From Utricularia gibba (Eukaryota > Plantae > Magnoliophyta): DNA of 64,000 nt. The stretch lies in contig CM007991.1 of NCBI GenBank assembly GCA_002189035.1, positions 2,852,001 to 2,916,000 on the forward strand. Direction: 5' to 3'. Positions within the stretch are counted from its first letter, which is position 1; the number at the start of each line of letters is the position of its first letter. The notes beneath the pieces are model-generated. The model saw nothing but the letters and a program-made list of their open reading frames with translations. It ran no database searches and had not been told where the DNA came from. The position numbers were made by a program, and so were the translations under genes. Below are positions 24,081 through 38,197 of this stretch, one piece after another.

Positions 24081-24513
24081 ATTTAACGAACGTTGGAGGC
24101 TTGATGAGTCAGCCAGCCCCCACCCAGAGCAATATCGATCGCATTTATAAAAAAATTCACTTTATGTTCCCTTTTTAAGCTTATCGGTTCAGGATCGAAC
24201 CAGCTCGGTTCGGTTCAACCGGCCGATTCAACCGCCGCGCAGAGAACACACGATCATGCATGCAGTTTCCCGAAAAAAGGGCATGTCTACTTGGAACTAG
24301 TTATCACACTGGGCTACACTGACTTCAAAGTACAAAGAGGTACACAGTGAATCAAGAAAGGAACAAGCGCAGTTTCAGAAGGGCTCCCCCATCGGCACGT
24401 CCTGAAATCAATGAAGGAAAATGATCACTTGCTGCTTGGAACAGAAAGCAACGCAAATGGAGAAACAGGGGAGACCAGACATGCCTACCTAGGAGTATCG
24501 GGTTTGGTCCATT

Positions 24514-27500
24514 CTACTCGCCGCCTTCATCCATGTCGGCAGCCTCCTTGACGTCCACACTGAAGGTGTACTCCTGGTCGCAGCCCAGATACGAATCACA
24601 CATGAAGTAGAGTGTGTAGGTTCTTTTTCCAGGCTCTGTGGGGGCGGTGAAGTCCAGTTTCAAGCTTGATTTCTTCTGCAGAGTGACTCTTTTGATTGCC
24701 AGAAGTTGGTTGGTTTTAGTGTCACCCACGACGAGCCACCATCCTTCTTCCTTTGGCTTGGGGTATCTAGGAGCGTCTACAGCTCCAACCTCGCTTCTTC
24801 CTTCGAGATCCCGTTCAAGATTCACTTGCACGCTGACGTCTCCTCCAGCAGTCACTTCATCGCTGTCCAGCACATCGTAGCTCAAATCAATGTTTGGAAA
24901 TCGGTTGCAGAAACGGGCGATGTCCATCAGCTCGGCATCTGACATCTGCAGGAGCTCTCGTCTTTCATCATCCTCCATCTCCACCAGATCAAAGATTGTC
25001 TCAATGCTTTTTCCTGGATTCTCTTGGCATCTCTTAGCCAATTCCTTTGTGAAGTGGGGAAGTTGCAGAAGCATCGAGTCGCGCTCCCACATTGCTTGAG
25101 TAACCATCTGACTTAGCTCCATTGCAAGGAGAGCAAGGCTGAGCCAGCCATTGCTTGAAATAACATCGACGATGGCTTGAAGAAGCCTGCTTGCATAAAT
25201 AAGCACCTGTCGCTGGTCAGAAGCAAGATTCTCACCAATTGTTTGTCGGGAGAAGTACGCTTGCAGCAAAGCATTGGCCTTCACATTTGGGTCTGTGTAC
25301 TTGGGGTTCTCAAAGGAGAAACGCTGATGATGAACTAGCCTCCGTATCAACTCCTCCTCACCCGGCCTAACGGAGAGCTGTTCATATTCTGAAGCTGATG
25401 CAAGAATTTCCAAAAGACCTTTCAGCTTCGTTTTAGAAGTCAAGGAAGAGCTAAACCGCTCAATCGTAGTGTAGCTGATATAATAATAAGAAGCAATCAT
25501 GCCAAGATTCAATGGAGATAATGCAAATCCATCCTCTGTGGCCACACATTTACTTGTTTCAAGATCACTTATGGTGCTTTCCACAAGCTCAGAGAGATGA
25601 TCAGACAGATGCCTGTGACTGACACCCTGAAGATTGTAATAGTTTGGATTCTGAGTGAGCCTTCTGTACATAAATGTCCAGGTCAGATAATCCACAGCAT
25701 CTTGCTTGTTCTTAACAACACCAACAACCACTTCAGCATTCAGATTATCATGCAAATAATGATGCAAATGACTTTCCACGGGGAAGGCTTCATACAGAAA
25801 CTTCTTGTAATATTCTTTACGAGGTGCATGGCAAAGAATCACACACTTCCCTGAGTTGTCTAGTAGAGGACGGCTAGCATGACCCATCATCTGCAATAAA
25901 TCAGTGACGGGATAATCAGTGTGTGCATTTTCACGACCATCATAGTACTGAGTCCCCATAACCACCACAAGATGAGCAGACAATGGGAGACCCCAGCACA
26001 TGGAGCTGATAATTACACAAACTTGAATCCATCCAGTTTCAAAGAGAGTCTTCACGATATCTTGATCTGTGCTGCTCAGACCCTCGTGCAGATAACCCAC
26101 ACCAAATACAAGTGTTTCTTTCAGCATAGGTTCCCGAATACTATCAACAAAATGCATCAACTCTTCCACTGGTCGCAGTAAGAACGGTCTTTTCCCAACA
26201 TCACTATTTGAATACGTCATCAAGTCCACAGCTGTGAGCCGCGCATGCTTTCTTGTAGGGACAAACACTATTGCTGGTTTATTATTCTTGGCATGCTGGA
26301 CAATTGCAGTGTAAGTCGGTTTTGTCATCGCTAGCATCCTAGCTTCAAAATTAGCAATATCAATACCTTGGATGTGAATTTCCAGAGGCACTGGCCTCAC
26401 ACCAGGAGGGAAATTAAAAAGACCATGAGAAGTTGCCCCTATCCATTCACCCAAATCCTTCGCATTTGCCAGGGAAGTTGACAATGCCACAATACGGATC
26501 TTATTCTCAAGCTGACTAGAGATGTACCTCATTCTAGAGACAATGATCTCCAATATAGGCCCACCCTGACCACCAAGCAGATGCAACTCGTCTATAATGA
26601 AAAGGGTAACCTGCTGAATTTGTTTCCGCTGTTTCCATCTACGAGATAAAGCATCCCATTTCTCAGGGGTGCTAATGATTATTTTACCTTTATCTAAAAG
26701 TTTCAAGTCTCTTGTTGTTTCTCCAGAGAGCTCAACAACTGTCAATCCAAGACCCTCTCCAAACTTTTTGCTCCAATCGTGAAATCTTTCACGAGCAAGG
26801 GATTCAATAGGAGCAATATAAACAGCACGCATCTTCCCAGCCTCTCTTTGATGGTTCCTAAGAATTGCAAACTCAGCACATATGGTCTTCCCACTACCTG
26901 TAGGAGCAGCAACCAAGACATTATCGTCGGAGTTATACAGGATGGTGAAAACTTGCGTCTGCACTGGATTGAAATGCTTGAATTGCTGATAAAGTGCTTC
27001 ATATGCTGGACTTCTCAAAGCTGTAACAGGGAGGGGTTGCAAATCAAGCAATTCTGTGGGAGGAGGGTACTTTTCAGGCAGAATTAGATGCCTGAAGGAA
27101 ACAGGAAGAACAGACTGTGCCCCAAGCCATCTATCAGACACTACATTAATGAAATATTGAGGGGGCAATGGCTCATATATCGGAACAGTGAAATTCAGAG
27201 TATGATCCTCCTCAATGTATTGCTTCTTCAACATGAAATATTCGTGATGAAGGATATATTCACCATCATTATCCTCTACAATAATCCAGAATGGCTCCAC
27301 ATATCCATGGACTTTGTCATCCCACTGAAAGTCAGGTGTGATAGTCAGTTCCACACTCAAGACAGAGCGAGTGATTGGCTGAACATGGGCGCTCAAGTTC
27401 AGCTTTGGAAACTGATGAATGAATTTGTGAAGCATTCGTCCAACCTTAGGAAGACGGATGAGTTCTCCAATCTCCTGGGATGAAAGATCATAATACCTTT

Positions 27501-30500
27501 CCCATGCAAGATCTTTCTTTTCTAATTTTGACAAAATTTCATTTGGTATGCCATGAAATTGGCGAAGGGGTGTCTGTACACTCCACATCCTTTTGCCAAT
27601 CATTTTGCACAACTTCAGCGCCTTTTCAGCCACTTGAGCCCATCCTCTTTTCAATGCAATCTCAAAAATTGCCCGCATCAAACGACCCGCACTCTGCAAA
27701 GCACATAAGGTATTAGAGGCTTGTGGAATTAAATGCAGCCATAAAAAAAAAAAGAAACCTGAAAGGGATTTCAACCTGGGTAATGAAAACCATATCCGAT
27801 GTCAATGACAATCCTTCAAGTTTCAACTGTGAGATGTAAGCTTGAAGTAACACATTAATTTTGGCACTAGGCTCTTCAAGGCTCTCTTTGATTGGTATGG
27901 GAACACGGTCTAAAAGCTTCGCTAACTCCATCTTCTCATCCTGTCTGATAGACACGTATTTGAACTCTTCACTCAGAGAGAACAAGCGACAAAGCTCAAT
28001 ATCACCCATGGTCGGCTTCAAATGTTCATTGTAAGTTGATATTGTACCATGAGTTATGTAATAGTAGCTGGCAATTCGACCCAAGTCTGTGACCTGGAAG
28101 TATCCACTCTTCCGGTCATACTTTACCAGGTTATTCTTATCCAATATCATAGCAGCAGTATGAACCTGAAAATGAAACAAAAAATGAAGTCGATCACAAA
28201 ACCATAGAATTTGAGGAAATATGAATGCAAAACATGAAAACAAGAAAAAAGAAGTATGGATCATTTGAATCGTAAAAGTCTACACATTATTACTGCTTAC
28301 CAAATCAGCTCTTCTCTCCAACAAAGTAGCATCTATTTTCAGAGAATCAGGTGTCAAACCATACAATATAGGATTCCGAACCATGCGTACAAAAAGATAC
28401 GTGTAACCAAGCCATGTGCATGCTTCTCTGGCATTCTGCACGGTACCCAGAACAATTTCAGCATTCATCTGATCAGCTAATTTGGAAATAAACTGACTTT
28501 CAATGGGAAGCTGCTGATTCATCAGGGACAAATAGTACTGCAATTCACTGTGCCCAGTTATAATTATTCCTTCCCCGTAAGTGTCATACTGAGGCCTCCC
28601 AGCACGACCAAGCATCTGCATGACATCCAATGGGCTTAACTCAGTCCACGCCCCTTTATCAGGATTATATATTTGTGTGCCCTTAATAATAACTGTGTGA
28701 GCTGGCAGATTCACACCCCAGGCGAGTGTGGCTGTGGAAACCAACACTTGGACATGTCCATCTGCAAAAAGCTCCTCAACAATTTGTCGGTCAGCTCTAA
28801 CCATGCCTGCATGATGAATCGCAAAACCATAGGGCAGCAAGTCCTTTAAATCACTGCTCTTCAACAGCTCTGTCTGACTCTGAAGAATTTCACGACTGGC
28901 ACTATCTTCCTTCAAAAACTTACCTAGAGTGTCATTAGCAAGTGCAGTATCACGAATTGCACGAGCCGTCTTAGTAGTTTCTTTCCTAGAGTGCACAAAA
29001 ATAAGCACCTGATGCTTTCCAGCAACACTTATCACCTTCTCATAGCACACATCATTCATCAACTGAAATCTCTGCAATGGTTTCTTCACAGTAATTCCCA
29101 CATATTGTTGAGCCAGAGGCACAGGTCTGTAACTGTTATCAAAATAGAAGAGACCCTTATCAAGCTTCACACGTAGAAATAAGGCCACATCTTCATAATT
29201 AGGAAGTGTCGCAGATAACCCGACAAGCCGGATGTTTTCCTGAGTGAATTCCACCTGCCGGACTGTTCTGGCAACAATACTTTCAAGAACAGGACCCCTG
29301 TTATCATGAAGAAGATGAATCTCATCAATGATAACAAGTTTTACAAGCTGTGTATAAGTGCGATCACCAGACTTTCTGGTAATGATGTCCCACTTCTCAG
29401 GTGTGGTCACTATGATCTGCGTTTCATCAATCTGCTGTCGGGTTAGTGATTGATCCCCACTAAGCTCCTTAACCTTAACACCATAACGATCAAGTCGATT
29501 AGAAAGGTTACCAACCACCTCAGCGACCAGTGCCTTCATAGGAGCAACGTATATGATTTTATACTTGTCATGATTAATAGTTCCATCATCATTCCGATGC
29601 AATGCAATCTGCTGAAGAATGGTGAGCATGGCAACATTTGTTTTTCCAGCCCCAGTAGGAGCGCATAGAAGTATATTTTCTGCACTGAATAGTGCAGTCT
29701 CATATACTCTACTCTGGATCCTGTTTAAGGTTGCCATTTTTTCAAACGCTGGTTGTGCCCAATCAGGCATTTCAGAGATCTTCTTGAGCTTTTCGTCAGC
29801 AGATAATGGCTTTGGTTTCAAAGCAGGCACATGGACTTCTTCATAACCCTTCTTATGGTTTCTATATGACCCTTCCGGGAGTTCACACTTCTTGTTTGCC
29901 ATCAACAGACCGCCTTGATGAAACGCAAGGTCATCAAAATCTAGAACCTGGCGTTGACCCTTCAACCACTCGCCATCAGCACCTCTGTCAACTAGCTCTC
30001 TGCGATCCCGTTCACCATCTCCACCAGTCTCATCCTTCAGTCGTCGAGCTTCTTCCCTAATGCTTTTTTCCAAGTTTTTTTGTCTCTCTTTAGCAGTTGC
30101 CCGAGTTGCATGCAGCTGCTCCAGAATTGAAGCATGATTAGCTCCCAGCCCAATCATCTCCTCTTCAATCTCCCTTCTCTTTTCTTGATCTTCAGCCCTA
30201 GCAAGTCGTGTACACCATACCACTTTCAACCTGTTCCTCATCAAAAATTTAATAAGGCTAAACTTCTCAAACTGCAGATGTACTAAAAGCTTAGTCTCCA
30301 CCTCACGATCATCTCCCTCAGCAAGAATTTTCAGAACCTCTTCAGCAAGCTTCTGGCTTTGCTGTGGGTCAATATTCTGTTCATAAGCCTGAGATATCTT
30401 TCTTTGAAGCCAGTATGCATCAATATCCTGCACATTCAAGGTCATTCCTTCATTAGTTTCTTGTTCCTCCCCATCATCATTGGCACCCCCCATCTGCATA

Positions 30501-31248
30501 GCCGAAGAACCTTCAATTACTTTTACATCATCATCATCCTCTTCATAGTCTGGTACCATATCCAAATCGCTCTCTTCTTCTTCCTCTTCATTCTCCTCAA
30601 ATTCAACTGCAACACCAACATCATCATCGAGACCATCTGCTCCATTGGCAGCATCTTCATCAACATCAGCACCCTCATGGTAATCAGTAATCAGTCTCCC
30701 AATGGAGACAAGCTGATCAAACGTGGTGCTGGATATGGGATTCAGTAGCTTTTCGATGTCTTTCTTTTTATCTGCATTTTTCAAGTTGTCATTCTTGAGT
30801 ACAGCCAGAATCTCGTCAGCAGCACCACTCACGATGTTGAGAGGCTGCCCTCCCAACTGTTGTTGAATTACACTAAGCATAGCTTCATATGCAGCTGCTG
30901 TTTCTTTTGTCTTCGGTTGATAGACTCCTTCGTCTGAGGAAGTAAGGACGCTCTCCTCTTGAAGACGCCTCCTTTTGCTCTTCGGTGGAGCAGCATCCAA
31001 TGAAACATCCCGCTCCTTTTTCTTCTTTGACTTACTGAGTTTCTCCTTCAACTCAGGAGGCTTATCCCGGTAGGCACGGTCCCCAAAAGATTTTGGGTCA
31101 ATCTTCCCCAGAGCGTTTCCGGTTCCCCAGTGGGTTCATGTGTATCACGAGGGCGTGAGTCGGTTGTAAGTACAAGACTCGAGTTTGCTCTATATTCGTA
31201 CTGCTTGAATCGGGCATGAGCTTCAGCACCACCGCCTGGATGAGCCAT
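24514..31248 (-). CDS. BRR2: U5 snRNP 200 kDa helicase Brr2 (two Ski2-like cassettes + Sec63)
   Basis: Exons 31248-28301, 28165-27776, 27693-24514. [12 protein letters not shown] and [12 protein letters not shown] cassettes; N-terminus [19 protein letters not shown]. One base missing at 31106-31110. Confidence 0.97.
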
Positions 31249-31873
31249 ATTACTCCAGGACAGAAACTACCAATCCCTGAACAACAACGACATATTTTAC
31301 GAAAGAGGCTACGAAACTCCAATCCCTGCTTCAAGCAACAAGAAACGAGCACACAAACAAAGCACGAGCTGGAATAGGCGAACTCACCAAAACTACAAGC
31401 CCTAAGCAAACCTCCAGGAATACGAAAGTCCACTTCAATCACTGCAAGAAACAAAAACAAAACCGCAGCGACTAAACCTCACAGCTATCGAAACACAAAC
31501 ACACAAACCCTCAAGAAACGGCGACGGAATCCATGAACCGCCTTACCTCCATGCCATGAAATGAGCAGACAAATTTCACCAAAAATTGCGGTTTCCTCCA
31601 ACTTGTATAGTTTCATCAATACATATTAATAAGCCCACACCGTTAAATACTAAAAAGCCCAAGCCCAAAATCACCGCTAACCATTTGGGCCTACACGATT
31701 CCCTATCGAGCTTCAAACAGCCCAATAAGAAGCAAGAAACCAGCCATTGGATTTTTAGTAAAATATATATATTACAAATAAATGCTCATTTTCAAAATAC
31801 AACACAGAAATAATATACTGTTTTTTTTTCTTTCTGGGTGATGATGTGAGTGATGGTAAGGTGCAGCAGTTGA

Positions 31874-32667
31874 TTAGTGTGATCTCCTTCCGTTGGTGAT
31901 GCATCTGCCTCTGACCATGTTATCAACAATGGCATCTCCCACGCCTTCTCCGATCCCCTCAACGAGTCCTCCGATGAACTCCACAATGACCTGGGACGCT
32001 ACTCGAGCTGCCGTGGCGAAGCCGCTGGGCTTCTCAGGAGTAGTAATGCCAGTAGCTTGGAGGCCATTGAAGAAGACCTTGGAACAGAGAGCATGGATTT
32101 GGTAATCACACGTTGTGCAATGATAAATTCTACCCCCTACTCTTTTCTTGTTGCACTGTCCACAGCTTGCTGGGAAATTCTGCATCAGTGGCTGCAACTT
32201 CAACGGATGAATGTGCGCAGGTAAGTTGATCTCGCTGGAGAGCAATGCACAGCAAGGGTGCATTTGGAAGTAGCATGCTCTGCATCTAAAGGTGAAGCCT
32301 TTTGCAGAACTGCCACAGATGTCGCATTTCGCGTGCGCAAGTCCTGCTGAAAATGTTTCGTTATTGGTTAATGACTAACATTAATGGTTGACATAAAGAA
32401 ACAGCAACCTGATTTGGCCTTTGACTGGAAAAGAAGTTGATGCTGGCTGTGTAGAGGATGATCCTTCAACAACTGAGGTGAATACGTGCAGAAGTCATGC
32501 AGCTGAAAATCACATTCTTGGCATACAAATCGGGGTCCAGCACCATACTCTTTGCAGCCGAAGCACATATAGAGTTCATTCAGAGTAGCATGTCTTAAGG
32601 GGTGGTTTGGGTGTGCGTGGTGCCGGATTTCGATCCCTTGCTCGGCAGATTGCACCGGGAACTCCAT
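31874..32667 (-). CDS. Cys/His-rich DC1 (C1-like) domain protein, 2 exons
   Basis: Exons 32667-32409 and 32343-31874; repeated H-x-H-x-L...CxxC...CxxC-D-F/Y-x-L/I/M-H-xx-C units; C-terminal AARVASQVIVEFIGGLVEGIGEGVG helix. Confidence 0.88.
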
Positions 32668-34256
32668 TTCCTGATGAGGTTTTTTTTTTTTCTGATGAAA
32701 GAAGTAAAATGTGAGGTGAGACTTCACCTTCTCCCTTCCACTCTTTTCTCTGAGCCGCAACTGATGGTGCTTATGCCTCTGGCATCTGGTTTTTTCCCCT
32801 TTAAAAAGATGGCTTCACTGTAGAAATAAATTCTCAGTGTTCCACAGGAAGAATCCCACTATATTAGCATCTTGTGTTGGAGGGCTAATTGTTCATTGCT
32901 GAGAAAAGTAAGCAACAGTAACACAAATTCAAACCTAAACCCACCAGCTGGAACTGGAAGTGATTCCTGTGTAAAGTCAACTGGAAAACTCACATGCTTC
33001 CAGGCTGTAGTTGTTCTCTTAAATGTTCCAAATCTCCTCAAAACTGCATCACACTCAATAAACTGAATTTGGCAGCAACCAAGAATAACAAATGTGTGTT
33101 TCCACTGAAAGGAAATGGGAGAGAGAAAAGGCCACATAGCACAAAGGATTGAGTTAGAAAAATGGAGTCTTTGTTGTAGGCTGCCAACATTAGATGCAGC
33201 GAAATAATGAAGTAGATGCAATCCCATAAAATGAAAATGAAGGTAGTTTAAACAAAAAAAGATCACATCTTGCATTTAAAGGCTGTAAGATTCTGCACCC
33301 CACCAGAGGCCCAAACTCCGGTTGTTTGAATACTATTCGTTGACAAGGATGATGTCTTTTAAGTGGAAAAAACAAAAGGGGAACATACTAAAGAAGCCAA
33401 ATGAAACTAGGGTGGGGGACCATATCACTGTTGACCATCGCAGGGTTTTTGTTGCGTGTTAATCGACGGCTGGGATGATCAGATCACGTCTAGTGTTAAT
33501 CGAGGGTGGTCATGTCAATGGATGCTTGGTCACCAGTTCTGTATATTTTGGTAGTTTACTCGGAAGGACAGCCATCGGAGCTGTGTGAAGAAAGGGCGCA
33601 CAAGTTTATTCAGAGGTAAGTACAGGCTTGGTTTAGTTTGATTTCTGGAACAACAGGAAAAGTTTTTTGCTATATGGGTCCTTAGGTTCATCTCTTCCTA
33701 CTGCCCCTTGATTTTCTTGGTTATGTCTCCCGCAGATATCGAAGTTGTGTCTCTGCCTTTTGGAGCCTGTTTGTTCTTTTTTTCAAGACTTCAGGAAGTT
33801 TCGCTTTTTGTGATATGAAGAGTTGAACTTGTATTTCTGGGTGTGAAATCCCTGAGCCAGATTCCGAATTATAACCCATTCGGAGATGGAATGCAGTGGG
33901 TGTTAAAGGTATGCACTACTTGGTTTCTGTTCCAAGTCTTTGTATTATGTCTTATTCTGAATGATATGGGGTGATTCTGTTGAGTTTTTCGACCCAGAAT
34001 CTTATCCACTAGGGGCAGCCTAATATCACGTATAGAAATAGCTTGTCCCTCCAGGAACACTCGGTATAGTTCGACATAAATGAATTGAGTTGTGGTATTT
34101 TTGCTCATTTGGCTCAAAGAACAGCTTGTTGTTTCGTTTTTCGCCTTTTCTTCCGTTACTGTTTTGACACAAAAATAGAGATGAATTCCCTGTGGCATTA
34201 TATTTTGATTGCTATGGGGTGGAATGAATCTTTATACTTCTTTTAATGTTTGCAAG

Positions 34257-37200
34257 ATGGAAGGTGTTAGTGCCCAAGTAGCTGCTCCTGTAGTAATCCA
34301 TCAAAAGCCGGCTCCTGTTAGGCATCCATTGACCAAGAAGCGCGACCTACCTTTAGATTCTTCCGGTTCTGTCCATGAAAACTCTTCAGGTTCTTGGAAT
34401 ACTAAGTGCTGGAGTTGGGACAGCACTAGTTTTATTGCCAGTCCATTGCAAACTGAAGGGGTAAAACCTGGGAAAGGTGATCATATATCAGCAGTCTTGC
34501 GGAGGAAGTTTGATCTAGTGTGTGATTCTGTAAAGCTTAAACAATCTAGTAACAGTTCACAAGGTGATCATAATCAGTATGATAGTCTTGGAGATGGAGA
34601 CGAACCTGGAAAGAGTGTCAGTAATGATGGCTTGGATCCGATTGAGGAACCAGAACAAGTGTTGAAGCCTAGTAAGAGAGTAAAAATGGTATCATCTGGT
34701 GGTTCTGACCACCCCATTTGCCAGGTTGATGACTGCACTGAAAATCTGTGTACAACTAAAGATTATCACCGGCGGCACAAGGTATGTGAGGTTCACAGCA
34801 AAGCAAAAAATGTGCTAGTCAGAAAGCAGATGCAGAGATTCTGCCAGCAATGTAGCAGGTTGTTGATTCTAGCTTTTCACACCATTAAATGAATTAACTG
34901 ATATTTTTACTACAGTAAGAGTCTATTTCAAAATGTGTTTCAAGGACTGCACCAGCATCATTATCTTTGTCTATTAATCTGTGTGAAGTCCATTTGAACC
35001 ACATTGTGGCTTATTGGCACTCCCTTCTCCTAGGTTTCACCCTCTGCTTGATTTTGATGAGGGAAAGAGAAGTTGTCGACGGAGACTTGCCGGGCATAAT
35101 AAGAGGCGAAGGAAGTCTCAACCGGAAGATGGTAAGGTTCATGGTAGAGTGCCTGGTAGCCAGCCCGACTATATCGATCGTGGAGGAGATATAATCAATC
35201 GGCTTTCAGTACTGACCCATGGAGAAGGTATAAATGAAGCATATGAAGTAACTTTGACTAATAATGAATCAACACTGTACCCTATATCTCTTGTTTATAC
35301 ATAAGATTGGCACAAGCAAAAGGCTTAACTGGTTGCTTGTATCCTTGCAGGAACTGCAAAGAGAATGATCAAATTTTCCAGGGCACCTGGAGAAGATCAG
35401 CAGGTGCAGGTTCTTAGTCGGCTAAATTCGTTGCCTTTTCAAGTAAGCTTACCTCCCAAACGTGCACATCAAAAGACAATGGAAGGCATTGTTCAGGATG
35501 GTGTAGTTTCTGAAAATCAGAACCAGACACCACGAAATGATTCTTGTCCATCAACTAGGGATTTTATGTGTGTTCTTGCGAGTGATCCAGCAGCACATTC
35601 TTCATCTTCATTTGGCATTCAATCGCTTCCAAGCACTGGAAAATTTGATCTCGAGAAAAGCAAGTCAACATGTGCTGAGCAAGTTGGTTTTGTTAGTATT
35701 CAAGGGTCTATAAGGGCACTTGATGGTCCTGGAGGAGGGAGAAGAAATGAAAATATAGCTCTGGAGATGTCTGATAATTTATGGTTACACATGTCTAGAT
35801 CCTCACCTGAAGATACTGCCTCTAGAAATTTTCCATCAAATAGAATCATTACTTCATGTAACAGCAGTGATCACTCGGCGGAAAAGTCACCTGCATCTTC
35901 ACCTCCTCTGCATGACTTATTCCCACTACAGGCTTCCAGAGAAACTTGCAAGGATGGTGTTTTGTCCAAATGTGAAGATAAAATTTTGTGCATGCAGAAA
36001 GACCAGAAAGAAAGAACTTGTCTTCAGCTGTTCGGGCAATCAGTTCAAGCTACTGAGGATGGCTCGGTTCAAAGTTCTTCATGCCGAGCAGCCACCTGCC
36101 CATCTACTTCTGGTTCTGATCAATCCCCTTACAGTATGAACGTGGATGTTAAGGTAACTTTTTGGATGATTTGCTAACCGCATACATTTCCCTTTGAGGC
36201 TGAAATTTTTAATTCATTTTTTGGTAGGAACGCAGCAGCCGAATTATAGTCAAACTGTTTGGCAAAGATCCAAGCTGTTTGCCTACATCATTGCGTACAC
36301 AGGTCAGGTTTTATGAATCAGGGTGAATCATTCATGATTTTCACGTGGTTGTGGGAAGGACCTCATATTTTTTATGTTGCCTTATTTTTAGATATACAAT
36401 TGGCTTTCTAAAAGTCCTTCAGACATGGAAAGCTACATTAAGCCTGGTTGTGTAATTATATCTTTTTATCTGTCAATGCCATCTTCAACATGGGATCGAG
36501 TGAGTGTCCATGCTCTTCTCCTTTTGAAGCTTCTTATGTTTGTTTTATCTATCAGACATCATGTTCTATCATCTTCAGCTTGAAGAAAAATTTTCTGATT
36601 ATGTGAACTCCTTGGTGAAAGATATTGATATGGACTTCTGGGGACATGGAAGATTTTTGGTTTCTTCAGGAAGTGTGATGGTTTCCCTTAAGGATGGTAC
36701 ATATATCTCAGTTCATATTCATTTCTAGTCGCAGTGCAAACACTCAATTTCTTTCTTCAAGAAGGTGAGGTCTGAATCTGCAGGGAAGATGCATTTTCGT
36801 AAACGGTTAAGGGCCCAAGTTGCACCTGAGTTAATATATGTCTCTCCCTTAGCCGTGGTTTGTGGACAAGAGACTTCTCTTGTATTGAGAGGGAGGAGCC
36901 TAAAGACTCCAGACATTATGTATGAACTTAATAGTTTCACAACTAGTAGCATTTTTTCGGTTGTCTTCTCTCCTGAGATATATTTTTAATGCTTTTTCAG
37001 GATACACTGCACACACACAGATGGATTTAGCGTCCAGGAAAACAGCAGTTCTGCTTTACAAGACAATGGTTACGATGAGATACACTTGGATGGCTTTAAG
37101 ATCAGCAATTCAACGTGCAGTTCTCTTGGTCGTTGTTTTATTGAGGTATCCTCTTTTTTTACGATTACCCCACTGTTCTGGTGTAGTTATATCTTTGATC

Positions 37201-38197
37201 ATTCATAGGTTGATTGTACTTCCAGAGGCTTCTCCTATTTTCCGATAATAATAGCAGATCAGGCCATCTGCCATGAATTAAGATTTTTGGAGTCTGAGCT
37301 TCATGTAGAGTTTGAGAACAAGGGAAAACTATATGATAGGAGGAAACGAGTGCTGCACTTCCTGGATGAGCTTGGATGGCTGTTTCAAAGAAAAAGCAGC
37401 TCTTGCTCATCCGAAATCCACGAAAACAGTCTTTGCCGCTTCAAATCTCTTCTAATATTCTGTGTTGAACATGACTTTTGTGCTCTTATGAGAGCATTGT
37501 TGGACATTCTGCTGGAAGTGACACAGGAAGTAGAATGGGAGACACTGATGGAAGACCACCTCTTGATCAGGGCAGTGAAAAAACAGTCCTTTCCTATGGT
37601 GAACCTCCTCATTAACTATTCTGTAGTTAGCTCCAGTTCAGGTTCACAGCAGTTGACTTACATTTTCACACCGGATGCGCCTGGACCAGGGGGTGCCACA
37701 CCCCTGCATTTAGCCGCCTGCACATCATCTTCACCTGATTTGGTTGATGCACTCACAAACGATCCTCAGGAGGCAACCAACATTCCCTTATTTCCTCAGT
37801 TTTCTTCCCCTGCTGTGTCTTGACATTTTTCGTCAATGCCGTGTAGGTGGGATTGCGGAGTTGGAATTCCATCCTGGATGAAAAGGGTCATTCTCCATAC
37901 GCATATGCTGTCATCAGAAACCACCATTCATACAATGCACTGGTTGCTCGCAAGCTAGCAGAGAGAAACAATGATCAAGTCTCTGTACTGATCCCCAAAA
38001 AGCTCCCATCTTCTTGCTCCAAATGCACCATCCTTGCAGCTGGGAGATACCAGATCAAGCCTCGTCCTTACGCCCGCAGTATGCTCGCCATCGCCACAGT
38101 TTGCGCCTGCGTCTGCATCATCCTAAGACTGCACCCATCCTTGAGTCAGAAGAGCTCACCTTTTGCTTGGGAAAACCTCGATTATCTGTCAAGTTAG
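34257..38197 (+). CDS. SPL14: SBP-box transcription factor, long SPL14/16-like class, 10 exons
   Basis: Starts [16 protein letters not shown]; SBP domain CQVDDC...[11 protein letters not shown]...[10 protein letters not shown]...[15 protein letters not shown]; [20 protein letters not shown]; ankyrin-like TPLHLAAC; C-terminal TM. All junctions in frame, the last intron being GC-AG. Confidence 0.9.
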
